This document shows positions 17,187-27,258 of a DNA stretch of 64,000 bases, piece after piece. Position 1 is the stretch's first letter. Every line of letters starts with the position of its first letter. The notes under the pieces are model-generated. The model saw only the letters and a list, made by a program, of their open reading frames with translations. It ran no database searches and was not told where the DNA came from. The stretch is from Clostridia bacterium (GTDB taxonomy: Bacteria; Bacillota; Clostridia; Christensenellales; CAG-138). The DNA is taken from positions 5,062 through 69,061 of the forward strand of contig JAFSEB010000047.1 of assembly GCA_017435905.1 (NCBI GenBank), written 5' to 3'. A program made the translations under genes and the position numbers.

Positions 17187-17894
17187 TTATTCGATATTTG
17201 CCCGTTTCAGCGATTCTTCGATCATTCTCATATGGTCGCTGACAGCCTTTGCGGCAGCGGCAACGTCCCGCCGTTTGATCGCCTCAAGCACAGCCTCGTG
17301 CTGGCTGTTGATGTGGTCTTCGTTTTCGCCCTGCTGCAAAATGAGCGCACGCACGCCATGGATATGCTCGTTGATCAAAGATTCGCATGCACTGAGCAGG
17401 GTGGAAAGCAGCGGATTTCCCGATGCCTTTGCAACCGCAAAGTGAAACTGCCAGTCAAGCGCCGCCTTGACCTGTTCATTCTGTTCCGCACGGATACGGG
17501 CGATCAGTTCTTCCATCAGAACGATATCTTCAAAGGTCGCCTTCTCCGCCGCAAGCATTGCGCTCTCTTCTTCAAGGGCATGGCGCAGCTGATAGGTATG
17601 CCTGAAAGAGCCGTTTTCCAGCACCATCATGATGCCAAGCGGTTCCGACATGCTGCTGCCAATATTATTTGCAATGTAGTAGCCGCTGCCGTGCAGGCAC
17701 TCTACGATGCCAAGGACCTCCAGGGTTTTGAGCGCCTCCCTGACCGTGGAGCGGGAAAGGCCAAACTCCTGGCAAAGAAGTCTTTCGCTCGGCAGCTTAT
17801 CGCCTTTTTTCAGCGCCCCGGTGGAAAGGTTATGCTTGATCTGCGCTATGATCTGCTGCAGCATGTTCGGCGGCTGTATCTTTGTAAAATGCAT
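17187..17894 (-). CDS. GntR-family transcriptional regulator, FadR subfamily (FCD C-terminal domain)
   Basis: N-terminal wHTH LPSERLLCQEFGLSRSTVREALKTLEVLGIV and an all-helical C-terminal domain. AAAGGAAG RBS. Confidence 0.85.
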   Translation of the reverse strand: MHFTKIQPPNMLQQIIAQIKHNLSTGALKKGDKLPSERLLCQEFGLSRSTVREALKTLEVLGIVECLHGSGYYIANNIGSSMSEPLGIMMVLENGSFRHTYQLRHALEEESAMLAAEKATFEDIVLMEELIARIRAEQNEQVKAALDWQFHFAVAKASGNPLLSTLLSACESLINEHIHGVRALILQQGENEDHINSQHEAVLEAIKRRDVAAAAKAVSDHMRMIEESLKRANIE

Positions 17895-17970
17895 GAAAAC
17901 TTCCTTTGGAAAAAATAAGTTCGATAATAATATTTTATATTATCCCTTGGTGACAAAAAAAGCAAGATGT

Positions 17971-18020
17971 AAAACAAACAAAAATGCACCGCAGACCAAA
18001 AAATCGGTTCTGCGGTGCAT
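17971..18020 (-). terminator. Rho-independent terminator of the peptide ABC operon
   Basis: ATGCACCGCAGA / TCTGCGGTGCAT stem. On the minus strand it is followed by TTTTGTTTGTTTT. Confidence 0.7.
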
Positions 18021-18032
18021 CGAGGAGAGTCG

Positions 18033-18989
18033 TTACATGTATTTTACGCAGGAAACAAAGTGACCGGGAGCGATCTCCTTGAGCGGGATGTTCTCCTTGG
18101 TGCAGGCTTCCGTGCGTTCCGGGCAGCGTGCCGCAAAACGGCAGCCCGGTTTGGGGTTGATGGGGCTCGTCAACTCGCCGTGGATGACCTCCTGCTGGGA
18201 CATACGCTTGTTCAGCTTCGGCAGCGGGATGGATGCAAGCAGAGCCTTCGTGTACGGGTGCAGCGGATTGCGGAACAGCTCATCGGAAGATGCAAGTTCC
18301 ACATTCTGACCAAGGTACATAACGGCGATCTCATGAGAGATATGCTTGACCACGGAAAGATCGTGCGTGATGAACATGTAGGTAAGGCCCATGTCCTTCT
18401 GGAGGTCCATCAGCAGGTTCAGGATCTGTGCCTGAATGGAAACGTCGAGTGCGGATACCGGCTCATCACAAACGATGAATTTCGGATTGACCGCAAGCGC
18501 ACGGGCAACGCCGATACGCTGGCGGCGGCCGCCGTCAAGCTCATGGGGATACGCCACAGCAAGACGCTCTGCAAGGCCTACGGTATCCATCAGCTCGCTG
18601 ACTCGCTTGTTGATGGCTTCCTTGCCCCTGATGGACTTGGTGACCAGAAGCGGCTCGGCGATCAGTTCGCTGACGCTCAGACGGGGATCAAGAGAGGAAT
18701 ACGGATCCTGGAAAATGATCTGCATTTCCTTCTTGAGTTCCTTAATGCGGTGCTTGCTCTGTTCAAGCACGTTCTCACCGTTGAACAGAACCTGACCGTC
18801 CGTAGCTTCGATGAGGCGAAGGATCACACGGCCAAGGGTGCTTTTGCCGCAGCCGGATTCACCGACAACGCCAAGTGTAGTGCCCTGATAGATCTTCAGG
18901 TTCACATCGTCAACAGCGTGGAGCGGGCCCGCAGGAGTGCTGAAGTATTTCTTCAGGTGTACTGTTTCAATAAGCGGTATGTTTGCCAT
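18033..18989 (-). CDS. Oligopeptide/dipeptide ABC transporter ATP-binding protein (OppF/DppF-type)
   Basis: Walker A GESGCGKST, signature and Walker B FIVCDEPVSALD, and the C-terminal oligopeptide-transporter extension. Confidence 0.9.
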   Translation of the reverse strand: MANIPLIETVHLKKYFSTPAGPLHAVDDVNLKIYQGTTLGVVGESGCGKSTLGRVILRLIEATDGQVLFNGENVLEQSKHRIKELKKEMQIIFQDPYSSLDPRLSVSELIAEPLLVTKSIRGKEAINKRVSELMDTVGLAERLAVAYPHELDGGRRQRIGVARALAVNPKFIVCDEPVSALDVSIQAQILNLLMDLQKDMGLTYMFITHDLSVVKHISHEIAVMYLGQNVELASSDELFRNPLHPYTKALLASIPLPKLNKRMSQQEVIHGELTSPINPKPGCRFAARCPERTEACTKENIPLKEIAPGHFVSCVKYM

Positions 18990-19002
18990 TTGCCCTCTCC
19001 TT

Positions 19003-19983
19003 TCACTGATTTACGTTGCTGAACAGGTGGCACCTGATCTTGTGCTCGCCATCCTGATAGACGGGAGGATCGACCTCTTTGCAGATCTCCATGCACTTTT
19101 TGCAGCGGGGATTGAACTTGCAGCCCTTGGGAAGGTTGGTGGGATCGGGCATCAGGCCGTCGATCTGCTCAAGGCGGTCACGCTTTTCTTCAATGTTCGG
19201 AATGGAATTGAAGAGGCCTTCCGTATAAGGATGGTGATATTTGCCTTCGAAAAGGTCTTCCACGCTGCCGTATTCGATGATCTCACCTGCATACATAACG
19301 CCGACCTTTTCGCAGGTCTGGGCAATGATACCCATATCGTGGGTGATCATCAGCAGGGAGGTCTTCAGCTTTTCCTTCAGCTCGTTCATCATAGCAAGCA
19401 CCTGCGCCTGAATGGTAACATCGAGCGCCGTGGTGGGTTCGTCCGCAATGAGGAGCTGCGGATTACAGCTGAGTGCGATGGCAATGACAACACGCTGCTT
19501 CATGCCGCCGGAGAACTGGTGGGGATAATCATTCTTGCGGTTGCCGGGAATGCCGACGAGCTCAAGGATCTCCTCTACCCTTTCTTCGATCTGCTCTTTT
19601 GTTTTGTTATCATGGTTATGGAGTGCAAGCGCTTCTGCGATCTGCTTGCCTACCGTGATAACGGGATTCAGGGAGGTCATCGGATCCTGGAAGATCATGG
19701 AGATCTTGCCGCCGCGCATTTCACGCAGCGCAGTATCGTCCATCTCCGCTACATCCTGACCCTGGAAATAGATCTTGCCATCGGTCACTCGTGCCGTCCT
19801 GTCGGGCAGCAGGCGGAGGATCGCCAAAGCAGTGGAGGTCTTGCCTGCGCCGGTCTCACCGACAAGGCCAAGGGTCTCCTGCTCGTTGATGGAAAGATCG
19901 ATACCGTTTACCGCATAAACGGTCTCCATATCGGTCTTGTAAATGACCTTCAGGTTTTCGATTTTCAGAAGTTCTTTTGCCAT
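19003..19983 (-). CDS. Oligopeptide/dipeptide ABC transporter ATP-binding protein (OppD/DppD-type)
   Basis: Walker [34 protein letters not shown] at 19983 has a GAGGTGA RBS; the ORF-track start at 19992 is GTG. Confidence 0.9.
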   Translation of the reverse strand: MAKELLKIENLKVIYKTDMETVYAVNGIDLSINEQETLGLVGETGAGKTSTALAILRLLPDRTARVTDGKIYFQGQDVAEMDDTALREMRGGKISMIFQDPMTSLNPVITVGKQIAEALALHNHDNKTKEQIEERVEEILELVGIPGNRKNDYPHQFSGGMKQRVVIAIALSCNPQLLIADEPTTALDVTIQAQVLAMMNELKEKLKTSLLMITHDMGIIAQTCEKVGVMYAGEIIEYGSVEDLFEGKYHHPYTEGLFNSIPNIEEKRDRLEQIDGLMPDPTNLPKGCKFNPRCKKCMEICKEVDPPVYQDGEHKIRCHLFSNVNQ

Positions 19984-19993
19984 ATCTGTCACC

Positions 19994-20902
19994 TCAATCC
20001 TTCAGTTTGGGATCCAGTGCGTCTCTGAGGCCGTCACCGATCAAAGTGATGGAAAGAGCGGAGAGCACAATGCAGATGCCCGGGATCGTGATCAGGTAGG
20101 GGTAAGTCCAGATATACTGCTTTGCAGAGGCAAGCATGGAGCCCCATTCCGGGTTCGGAGGCTGGATGCCAAGGCCAAGGTAGCTCATGGAGGCAGCCGT
20201 CAGGATCATACCGGCGGAGGAGAATGCCATCTGGCAGATGATCGGGCTCAGGGAGTTCGGGATGATGTGCTTGACAATGATCCTGAAGTCGCTGGAACCG
20301 CAGGCTCTTGCAGCTTCAATAAACTCCTGTCCTACCAGCGTTACCACCGCAGAACGCACAAGGCGTGCATATGTTGCGATGGACGAGAAGGAAAGTGCGA
20401 TAAGAAGGTTAGCGAGGTTTGCACCAAGCGCCGCAACAACGGCCATCGCCAACAGGATGGACGGCACGCTGGAAATGATATCCATAATGCGCATGATGAT
20501 GAAGTCCCACTTTTTGCCGTAGAAGGCAGCTGCCGCACCGAGAAGACCGCCGACCACCGCTGCGCAGGAGGTGGCGATGATACCGATGGAGAGCGAGACG
20601 CGGGCACCGTGGATCACGCGGGCGAAGATATCACGGCCGTATTCATCGGTGCCGAAAATATGTGCTTCACCGCTGAAAAAGCCCTTCAGGCTGGGAGAAA
20701 CAAACCTTGCATCCTGGTTGCTGGCGATCGCTTTTTCGTCAAAGTCTGCGATCAGATCCGCAAACACCGCAAAAATAACGAAGAAGCAAAGGATGCAGAC
20801 GCCAAGCATTGCGGTACGGCTCTTGCGGAACTGGCGCAATATCATGGCCATCCTGGATTTTTTGCGCATAGCGCGCTTCTTTTCAACCGTTGTATTGCTC
20901 AT
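19994..20902 (-). CDS. Peptide ABC transporter permease (OppC/DppC-type)
   Basis: Polytopic membrane protein with the binding-protein-dependent transport EAA-like loop ([15 protein letters not shown]). 4-nt overlap with the upstream permease gene. Confidence 0.9.
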   Translation of the reverse strand: MSNTTVEKKRAMRKKSRMAMILRQFRKSRTAMLGVCILCFFVIFAVFADLIADFDEKAIASNQDARFVSPSLKGFFSGEAHIFGTDEYGRDIFARVIHGARVSLSIGIIATSCAAVVGGLLGAAAAFYGKKWDFIIMRIMDIISSVPSILLAMAVVAALGANLANLLIALSFSSIATYARLVRSAVVTLVGQEFIEAARACGSSDFRIIVKHIIPNSLSPIICQMAFSSAGMILTAASMSYLGLGIQPPNPEWGSMLASAKQYIWTYPYLITIPGICIVLSALSITLIGDGLRDALDPKLKD

Positions 20903-21876
20903 GCTGCCACCTTACCTTTCACGGTCTTCTTTGCGCGTTTGCCGGCAGCCTGATACTGCGCCTTGACGCGCGGATCAAGCATGGAATAAACGATGTCAAC
21001 AAGCACCATAACAAGGCAGAACGTGAAGGAGAACATGATGGTGATCGCCATGACCTGCGGGATATCCTTCAGATTGATACTGTTCACGAGAATGGAGCCG
21101 ATACCGGGGATGGAGAACACGTTCTCGATAACGACGGAGCCGCCGAGCATGTGTGCGAAGTTGATGCCGCAAACGGTAACGATGGGAAGGAGCGCATTGC
21201 GAAGCGCATGGTTCAGAATAACGCTCTTCTCCTCTGCGCCCTTGGCACGGGCGGTACGGACATAGTCCGCACGGATGCACTCGAGCATGGTGGAACGGGT
21301 GATCTTAAGAAGACCGCTCGCACCGGGCAGGATCATCGTCAGAAGCGGCAGTATGAAGTGCGCAGGGGTCGTAAGGCCTGCCGTGGGCAATACACCGAGA
21401 ATGACGCCAAAGAGCAGCATCAGCATCAAGCCAAGCCAGAAGCCGGGCACTGCACCAAGCATCATGGCAAAAACGGTGGAAACGAAGTCCGTTACGCTGT
21501 ACTGTTTGACAGCCGCAAGAATGCCAAGCGGCACACCGATGAGCACCTCACCGATAATAGCCATCATGGAAAGCTTCAGCGTAGTGGGGAAACGGGCGGT
21601 GATCTCAACGAAAACCGACTGACGGGTACGCCAGGATTCGCCGAAATCAAGCCTTGTGATGACGCCCCACATGTAGTCGCCAAGGCGAACCAGGAAGGGG
21701 CGGTCGATACCGAACTCGTGGTTGAGCGCATCAACAGCAGACTGCGGTGCGCTGGAACCAAGGATCTGCCTGCCGGGATCTCCGGGTGTTATGGACATAA
21801 TGCTGAACACCAGGAGGATCACGCCGAGCATCGTCGGAATGATGAGAAGTATTCGCTTCAGAAAATACCGATACAA
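20899..21876 (-). CDS. Peptide ABC transporter permease (OppB/DppB-type)
   Basis: N-terminal YFLKRILLIIPTMLGV is typical of OppB/DppB; YVRTARAKG loop. TTG start with AGGAGGG RBS 7 nt upstream. Confidence 0.9.
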   Translation of the reverse strand: MYRYFLKRILLIIPTMLGVILLVFSIMSITPGDPGRQILGSSAPQSAVDALNHEFGIDRPFLVRLGDYMWGVITRLDFGESWRTRQSVFVEITARFPTTLKLSMMAIIGEVLIGVPLGILAAVKQYSVTDFVSTVFAMMLGAVPGFWLGLMLMLLFGVILGVLPTAGLTTPAHFILPLLTMILPGASGLLKITRSTMLECIRADYVRTARAKGAEEKSVILNHALRNALLPIVTVCGINFAHMLGGSVVIENVFSIPGIGSILVNSINLKDIPQVMAITIMFSFTFCLVMVLVDIVYSMLDPRVKAQYQAAGKRAKKTVKGKVAA

Positions 21877-21900
21877 TCTCTTTCCCTCCTATCTTTTGTT

Positions 21901-22926
21901 TCAGGTAAGATAAGCGTTGAGCATCGTCAGGGTGCCTTCAACAGCCTTCATGTTGGTCCTTTCATAGCTGTGGGAAGCGTATACACCGGGACCGATCAGG
22001 CCGTGACGTACATCGCGTCCTGCGATCAGCGCCACAACGGGATCGGAAATATAACCCTGATAACAATCCACAGCGAAGTCAACATCGTTCGCAAGCGCAA
22101 GCTGAATGAACTTCGTTACCATTGCATTATTATAAGGACCGTAGTTATCACGGGCTACGATGGAAACACGGGTCTCGCTGCCTTCAAGGCCTTCACCCAC
22201 ACAGCCCATATCCACGCCAAGAAGCTCTACAACATCCTCAGGGATGGCAGTGCCGCCTGCATGCAGTACTTCTTCGTATACGGTGAAGCCAACATAAACC
22301 TTGCGGTTCAGCTGGATCTTGTTTTCCGCAACATATTTGCTGAACGCCAGCAGGATGGCAACGCCGATCTTATCATCGAGGAAGCGGGACTTGATATAGC
22401 CATCCGTAGAATGGACAAAGCGGGGTTCAATACTGATAAAGTCGCCATTTCGGATGCCGAGCGCTTCCACATCTTCTTTGGAAGAAACAAGCTTATCAAG
22501 CACCAGCTCAATGTTGTCATAAGTACGAACAACGCTGTAATTGTCGTTTACATGGGTGGATGCGTTTTCCAGCATGATGGTACCTTCATAAGTACCGTTA
22601 AACTTTGTATGAACGGTCACATTGCAGTTTTCCGCATTGTTGGCATTCAGACCGCCGACACGGATGATCTTCAGCCTGCCGTTGGGCTTGATGCCCTTGA
22701 CCTGAGCACCGAGAGTATCGGCATGGGCCATCAGCATCACAGGATCACCCTCGCCGCCGAGGCAGTACATCATGCCGCCCTTGACCTGATACTTCACGTC
22801 AAAGCCCATGCCTTCCACTTCTTCGGTGAGATACTTCAGTACTTCCTCAAAGAAGCCGGAAGGGCTGGGGATCGCAAGCAGCTTTTCAAGCTGCTCCAAT
22901 AAATAATCACGATAGTCGGTAACCAT
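21901..22926 (-). CDS. M42-family metallo-aminopeptidase (glutamyl aminopeptidase/'endoglucanase'-like)
   Basis: Collinear with the M42/FrvX family (LMAHADTLG, SRFLDDKIG, YEEV, GPG..ASHSYER). GGAGG RBS before MVTDYRD. Embedded in the peptide transporter operon. Confidence 0.8.
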   Translation of the reverse strand: MVTDYRDYLLEQLEKLLAIPSPSGFFEEVLKYLTEEVEGMGFDVKYQVKGGMMYCLGGEGDPVMLMAHADTLGAQVKGIKPNGRLKIIRVGGLNANNAENCNVTVHTKFNGTYEGTIMLENASTHVNDNYSVVRTYDNIELVLDKLVSSKEDVEALGIRNGDFISIEPRFVHSTDGYIKSRFLDDKIGVAILLAFSKYVAENKIQLNRKVYVGFTVYEEVLHAGGTAIPEDVVELLGVDMGCVGEGLEGSETRVSIVARDNYGPYNNAMVTKFIQLALANDVDFAVDCYQGYISDPVVALIAGRDVRHGLIGPGVYASHSYERTNMKAVEGTLTMLNAYLT

Positions 22927-23017
22927 TTTTACCTCCATAATATCGGTGCCTTCGGCCCCCGGGAGTTTCCTCCGGAGGGCCGAAGGCATTGGTTCATGTG
23001 TCAGAGTTCAGTATGAT

Positions 23018-24529
23018 TTATTCTGCGGTCTTCCAGGAGCACTCGTAGAAGTAAACCACGTTGGGGGAATGGAGAGTCATGTTCAGGTCGCTGGTGCAGC
23101 CGATGTTGGTGTAACGGTGATAGAGCATGACCCAGCCGGAATCTTCCTGCACGAGGCGGTTGAGTTCCTTGTAGTACTCAACGCGTTCTTCTTCGTTGGT
23201 GGCGCTGCGGCCGAGTTCGAAGAGTTCATCGATGCGGGGGTTGTTGATGCGGGGGAGGTTGAAGGCGTCGATGGCGTCGGAGTCGAAGAGGATGCTGTAA
23301 GCGTCCATATCCCAGGCAACGCCGTTGTAAACAACGAGGCCCATGATGCCGATGCTGTAGTTACCCTTGCAGGCATCATCGATGAAGTTGCTGTTTACTT
23401 CGATCTCAGCATTCAGGCCGATGGCAGCAAGGTTCTCCTGAAGGATGGGAGCGATCTTCTCGCCGAAGGAGGTAGCGCCGATCTTGCCGATATCCATGGG
23501 AACGGAGATGCCGGACTGGGCGATGAGTTCCTTCGCCTTTTCGAGGTTGTAATCATAGGTGACGGCAGTCTCATCGTAGCCGAGCATCATGGGGCTTACG
23601 ATGTTGGAGGATTCAATACCAAGACCGTCAACGGCAACTTCCACCATGAAGGCACGGTCTACGCAGTAGTTGACAGCCTGACGCACGAGCGGGTTGTCAA
23701 AGGGCGCAACTTCGGTGTTCATGTGGACGCAGGTGATGTGGGGAGACTGGGTCTGGAAGATGGTGATGGTATCCATCGCATTGAACTTTTCATAGTTCGC
23801 AGTGCTGATATCCATGATGTTGACTTCGCCGGTCTCAAGAGCAACAGCGGAAGCGGTGTTGTCGCTGAAGATGCGCATGACGACATCCTTGATGGGGGCG
23901 ACGCCGCGATAGTAGTCTTCAAACGCTTTCAGGGTGATGGAGCTGCCAACAACACGCTCTACCCACTCGTAAGCGCCGCAGCCGATGGGCTTCTCAGCAA
24001 AGCCTTCTGCGCCGACTTCTTCATAGTAGGCTTTGGGCAGAACGTAAAGCTGAACAACGTTCTCAAGGAAGGAAGCGTAAGGAGCAGTCAGCTTGACCTG
24101 AGCGGTATACTTTTCGGGTGCGGAAGCACTTTCAAAGTTCGCAACAGTGGTGCCGATGTAGGTGGAAGCTGCAGCCTGCTGGATGGTGAAGGCAACGTCT
24201 TCCGCAGTTACTTCAGTGCCGTTGTGGAACTTAACGCCTTCTTTGATCTTGAAGGTGTAAGTCAGACCGTCCGGGGAAATCTCATAGCTTTCCGCAAGAC
24301 GGGGTTCCATTTCGCCGCTGTCATGGTTTACGAAGTAGAGGGGCTCGTAGATCTGCCTGTAGAGGTTGTGTTCTGCAGTCAGAGTACGGAAGTTCGGATC
24401 AGGGCTGTTGATATCGCCGTCGAGGCAATAGTTCAGCACTTTTCCGCTGCCTGCATCGTTCTTGGAGCAGCCGAACATAACGCCCATAGCCATCGCAAGA
24501 ATCACCAAGAGAGCAATTGTCTTTTTCAT
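23018..24529 (-). CDS. Peptide ABC transporter substrate-binding lipoprotein (family 5, OppA/DppA-type)
   Basis: Lipoprotein signal MKKTIALLVILAMAMGVMFGCS. SBP family 5 length and pattern. GAGGAGG RBS. Confidence 0.9.
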   Translation of the reverse strand: MKKTIALLVILAMAMGVMFGCSKNDAGSGKVLNYCLDGDINSPDPNFRTLTAEHNLYRQIYEPLYFVNHDSGEMEPRLAESYEISPDGLTYTFKIKEGVKFHNGTEVTAEDVAFTIQQAAASTYIGTTVANFESASAPEKYTAQVKLTAPYASFLENVVQLYVLPKAYYEEVGAEGFAEKPIGCGAYEWVERVVGSSITLKAFEDYYRGVAPIKDVVMRIFSDNTASAVALETGEVNIMDISTANYEKFNAMDTITIFQTQSPHITCVHMNTEVAPFDNPLVRQAVNYCVDRAFMVEVAVDGLGIESSNIVSPMMLGYDETAVTYDYNLEKAKELIAQSGISVPMDIGKIGATSFGEKIAPILQENLAAIGLNAEIEVNSNFIDDACKGNYSIGIMGLVVYNGVAWDMDAYSILFDSDAIDAFNLPRINNPRIDELFELGRSATNEEERVEYYKELNRLVQEDSGWVMLYHRYTNIGCTSDLNMTLHSPNVVYFYECSWKTAE

Positions 24530-24620
24530 AATGGTCCTCCTCATTATTTTTATTTTAAAAATCATGGCTGATTTTTAAAAACCTGGAATTGTGTTTGGAT
24601 CAACGATTTTTTGATTTGCT

Positions 24621-26021
24621 TTATTCTGTCTCGGTACAGACTTTTCCGGGATTAAGGATCCCGTTGGGATCGAATACATGTTTGATGCCTGCCATCAGGC
24701 CGATCTGCTTCTCGCCGATGCTGCTTTTGAGCGCATCCCGTTTCACAAATCCTATGCCGTGCTCACCGGATACCATGCCGCCGAGTTCCTTTGCGTATTC
24801 ATACATGGCATCAAAGCCGGATGCAAGACCCTTGTCCCACTGTTCCTGCTCCACGCCATCCCTGCAGAGGTAGACGTGCAGGTTGCCGTCGCCTGCATGG
24901 CCGAAGTATTCGATGCGAAGACCGCTTTGCTCGGAAATGGGTGCAAGCTTCTCCACGAACGCCTCGATGTTTGCCCTGGGAACGACCACGTCGCACTCAT
25001 CAAGCTGCCCTGCGGATGCTTTGATGGCTTCAAGGAATGCGCCTCGGGCTTTCCACACGGCACCGCTGCGCTCTTCCGTATCGACGATGTAGCAGTCGAT
25101 AGCGTTTTCGCCGAGGCAGATCTCAGCAGAATGCTCGATCCGCTCCATGACATCCCGTTCGCTGCCGCCGTCATAGGTAAGAAGCAGCGCCGCTTCGCCG
25201 GGGAATTTGGGGAACGGGCGGCCAAGATATTCCTCCGTCAGGGCGATCGCCCTTCTTGTCAGGAATTCCACCGCAGTGGGCTCTGTGCCGGAGCAGATGA
25301 TCTTCGGCACCGCCGCAACGGCATCCGCAAATGTCTCAAACCCTGCAAGAACGCTTACGGTAACAGCCGGTTTGGGAACGAGCCGCAGCGTAGCCTCTAC
25401 GATGACGCAAAGCGTGCCTTCCGAACCGATGATCAGATCCTTGAGGCTGTAGCCGCTGCTGTTTTTTACCGTAGCCGCACCGAAGGTCTCGATGCTGCCA
25501 TCCGCAAGCACGCAGGTCAGCGACATGACATAATCCCTTGTAACGCCGTATTTTACGGCACGCATGCCGCCTGCATTGGTGCTGATGTTGCCGCCGATGG
25601 TAGCGGTCTTTTCGCCGGGATCGGGCGGATAAAGGAATCCGTGCTCATCCGCAAAGGCTGCAAGCTCCATCAGGAGCACGCCGGGCTCCACGGTCACGGT
25701 CATGTTCGTTTCATCAAGGCTCTTGATGCGGTTCATGGCGGTCATATCAAGGACGATGCCGCCTGTTACCGCCACCGCCGCACCCACAAGTCCCGTGCCG
25801 CTGCCGCGGGTCACAACGGGGATGCGCCTTTCGTTGCAATAAGCAAGCACAGCGGAGACCTCTTCTGCCGTACGGACCTTGATCAGGCCCTCCGGCATGC
25901 AGTGAACACCTTCAAGTTCATCGTGGGAATAATCCTCGCTGATGCGGTCGCCGAACAGCGCACGCTGTTCGCCAACGATGGCACAAAGCCGGGAACGGTC
26001 GGTCTCGGTCATGTGTTTCAC
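24621..26021 (-). CDS. FAD-linked oxidase, GlcD/D-lactate dehydrogenase-like (LctD-type, Etf-coupled)
   Basis: FAD_binding_4 pattern (RGSGTGLVGAAV, GGNISTNAGG) and a C-terminal FAD-oxidase domain (HAGDGNLH, GEHGIG). Overlaps the etfA stop. Start is GTG at 26021 or ATG at 26012. Confidence 0.85.
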   Translation of the reverse strand: MKHMTETDRSRLCAIVGEQRALFGDRISEDYSHDELEGVHCMPEGLIKVRTAEEVSAVLAYCNERRIPVVTRGSGTGLVGAAVAVTGGIVLDMTAMNRIKSLDETNMTVTVEPGVLLMELAAFADEHGFLYPPDPGEKTATIGGNISTNAGGMRAVKYGVTRDYVMSLTCVLADGSIETFGAATVKNSSGYSLKDLIIGSEGTLCVIVEATLRLVPKPAVTVSVLAGFETFADAVAAVPKIICSGTEPTAVEFLTRRAIALTEEYLGRPFPKFPGEAALLLTYDGGSERDVMERIEHSAEICLGENAIDCYIVDTEERSGAVWKARGAFLEAIKASAGQLDECDVVVPRANIEAFVEKLAPISEQSGLRIEYFGHAGDGNLHVYLCRDGVEQEQWDKGLASGFDAMYEYAKELGGMVSGEHGIGFVKRDALKSSIGEKQIGLMAGIKHVFDPNGILNPGKVCTETE

Positions 26022-27226
26022 TCTTCCTCCGCCCCCTTTCTCTTTGCTTTGTACTGTTCGATCTCTTCGATCAGGTGGGGCAGGAATTCGCCCGCATCGC
26101 AGCAGTAGCCGATATGTGCGATCTTGAAGATCGAAGCTTCGGGATCATTGTTGACGGCAATGATCAGATCTGTGGCCTGCATGCCTGCCGCAAACTGTAC
26201 GGAACCGGAAATGCCAAGTGCGATGATATATTTGGGTTTGACCGTTCGGCCGGAAAGACCGATCTGGTGCTTGACGTCGAAATGGCCGGCTTCCACCATG
26301 GGTCTTGTGCAGCCGAGTCTTGCGCCGAGAAGCTCTGCCAGTTTCTGTGCATCCTCAAGATTCTTCCTTGAAGCGCATCCGCGGCCCACAGCCACGATGG
26401 CGTCGGCTTCGCTCAGATCCTTCTCCGCATTTTTATCTGCAGCGCTGACGATCTCGATCCTGCCGTCAAAGGCAGGCAGTTCCATTTGCAGGATGCGTCC
26501 TGTGGTGCTGCACGCAGCTTCCGGTGCATCGAATACACGGTAGCGTACGGTGCACATCTGCGGACGGGTACGGGTGACGATGGATGCCATCACATTGCCG
26601 CCGAATGCAGGACGGGTCTGCAAAAGCTCACCGTTTTCACGCATTTCAAGGAGCGTGCAATCCGCCGTAAGACCGGTTTTAAAGCGAGCCGCCAACCGGG
26701 GCGCCAAAGAACGGCCGGCGATGGTTGCGCCGATCATCACCACAGCCGGACGGATGCGGCGGATCGCATCCTCGGCACAGGCGGAAAAGCGCAGGGGTTC
26801 AAAGGCGTGAAGCGCCTTATCATCATACACATAAACCTCATCCGCACCCTGCCTGGAAAGCGTTTTGGCTGCTTCCGCCGTTTCGTTTCCGATGAGGATG
26901 ACGCTGATGGGCATCTTGCCGCCGGAAAGCTCTCTTGCTTTTCCGAGAAGTTCCAGCGTGACCGGGTGCAGCGTTCCGCCAAGGAACTCCGCCACTACGG
27001 TGATCCCGGACCAGCTGTCGATATCTGCGGCCTTATTCTCCTGAACCTCAAGAGAAAGGGCGCCGGCAGGATCCGCCTTCAAACACTGTTTACATAAGCG
27101 GCAGCCTTCACCGATAACAAGGTTTCCCTTATCATCCTGTGAGATGGCACCGAAGGGACAGGTCGCGATCAGTTTTTGTGCCGCTGCCTGTGTGATTTTA
27201 CTTTGATCGATCCGGATCAAGTGCAC
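26018..27226 (-). CDS. etfA: Electron transfer flavoprotein alpha subunit with N-terminal ferredoxin-like Cys-rich domain
   Basis: EtfA core (ALGISGSVQFAAGM, FAD-binding C-terminus) preceded by CPFGAI...CRLCKQC. GTG start at 27226 has a GGAAGGAG RBS. The ORF is open to 27292, which would overlap etfB by 34 nt. Confidence 0.85.
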   Translation of the reverse strand: MHLIRIDQSKITQAAAQKLIATCPFGAISQDDKGNLVIGEGCRLCKQCLKADPAGALSLEVQENKAADIDSWSGITVVAEFLGGTLHPVTLELLGKARELSGGKMPISVILIGNETAEAAKTLSRQGADEVYVYDDKALHAFEPLRFSACAEDAIRRIRPAVVMIGATIAGRSLAPRLAARFKTGLTADCTLLEMRENGELLQTRPAFGGNVMASIVTRTRPQMCTVRYRVFDAPEAACSTTGRILQMELPAFDGRIEIVSAADKNAEKDLSEADAIVAVGRGCASRKNLEDAQKLAELLGARLGCTRPMVEAGHFDVKHQIGLSGRTVKPKYIIALGISGSVQFAAGMQATDLIIAVNNDPEASIFKIAHIGYCCDAGEFLPHLIEEIEQYKAKRKGAEEE

Positions 27227-27258
27227 CGCACTCCTTCCTATATCAAAATATCGGGCTG

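Noticed and set aside
20890-22902. 670-aa plus-strand ORF spanning oppB and the M42 peptidase. Similar long antisense ORFs occur at 22946-24571, 29247-31040, 32505-34127, 34588-36339, 47307-49118, 51215-53089, 55198-56736 and 60859-62364.
   Set aside because: All lie antisense to genes with unambiguous family motifs. They cross gene boundaries, are H/R/G/D-rich low-complexity translations, and lack RBSs. They are an artefact of high GC and few stop codons.
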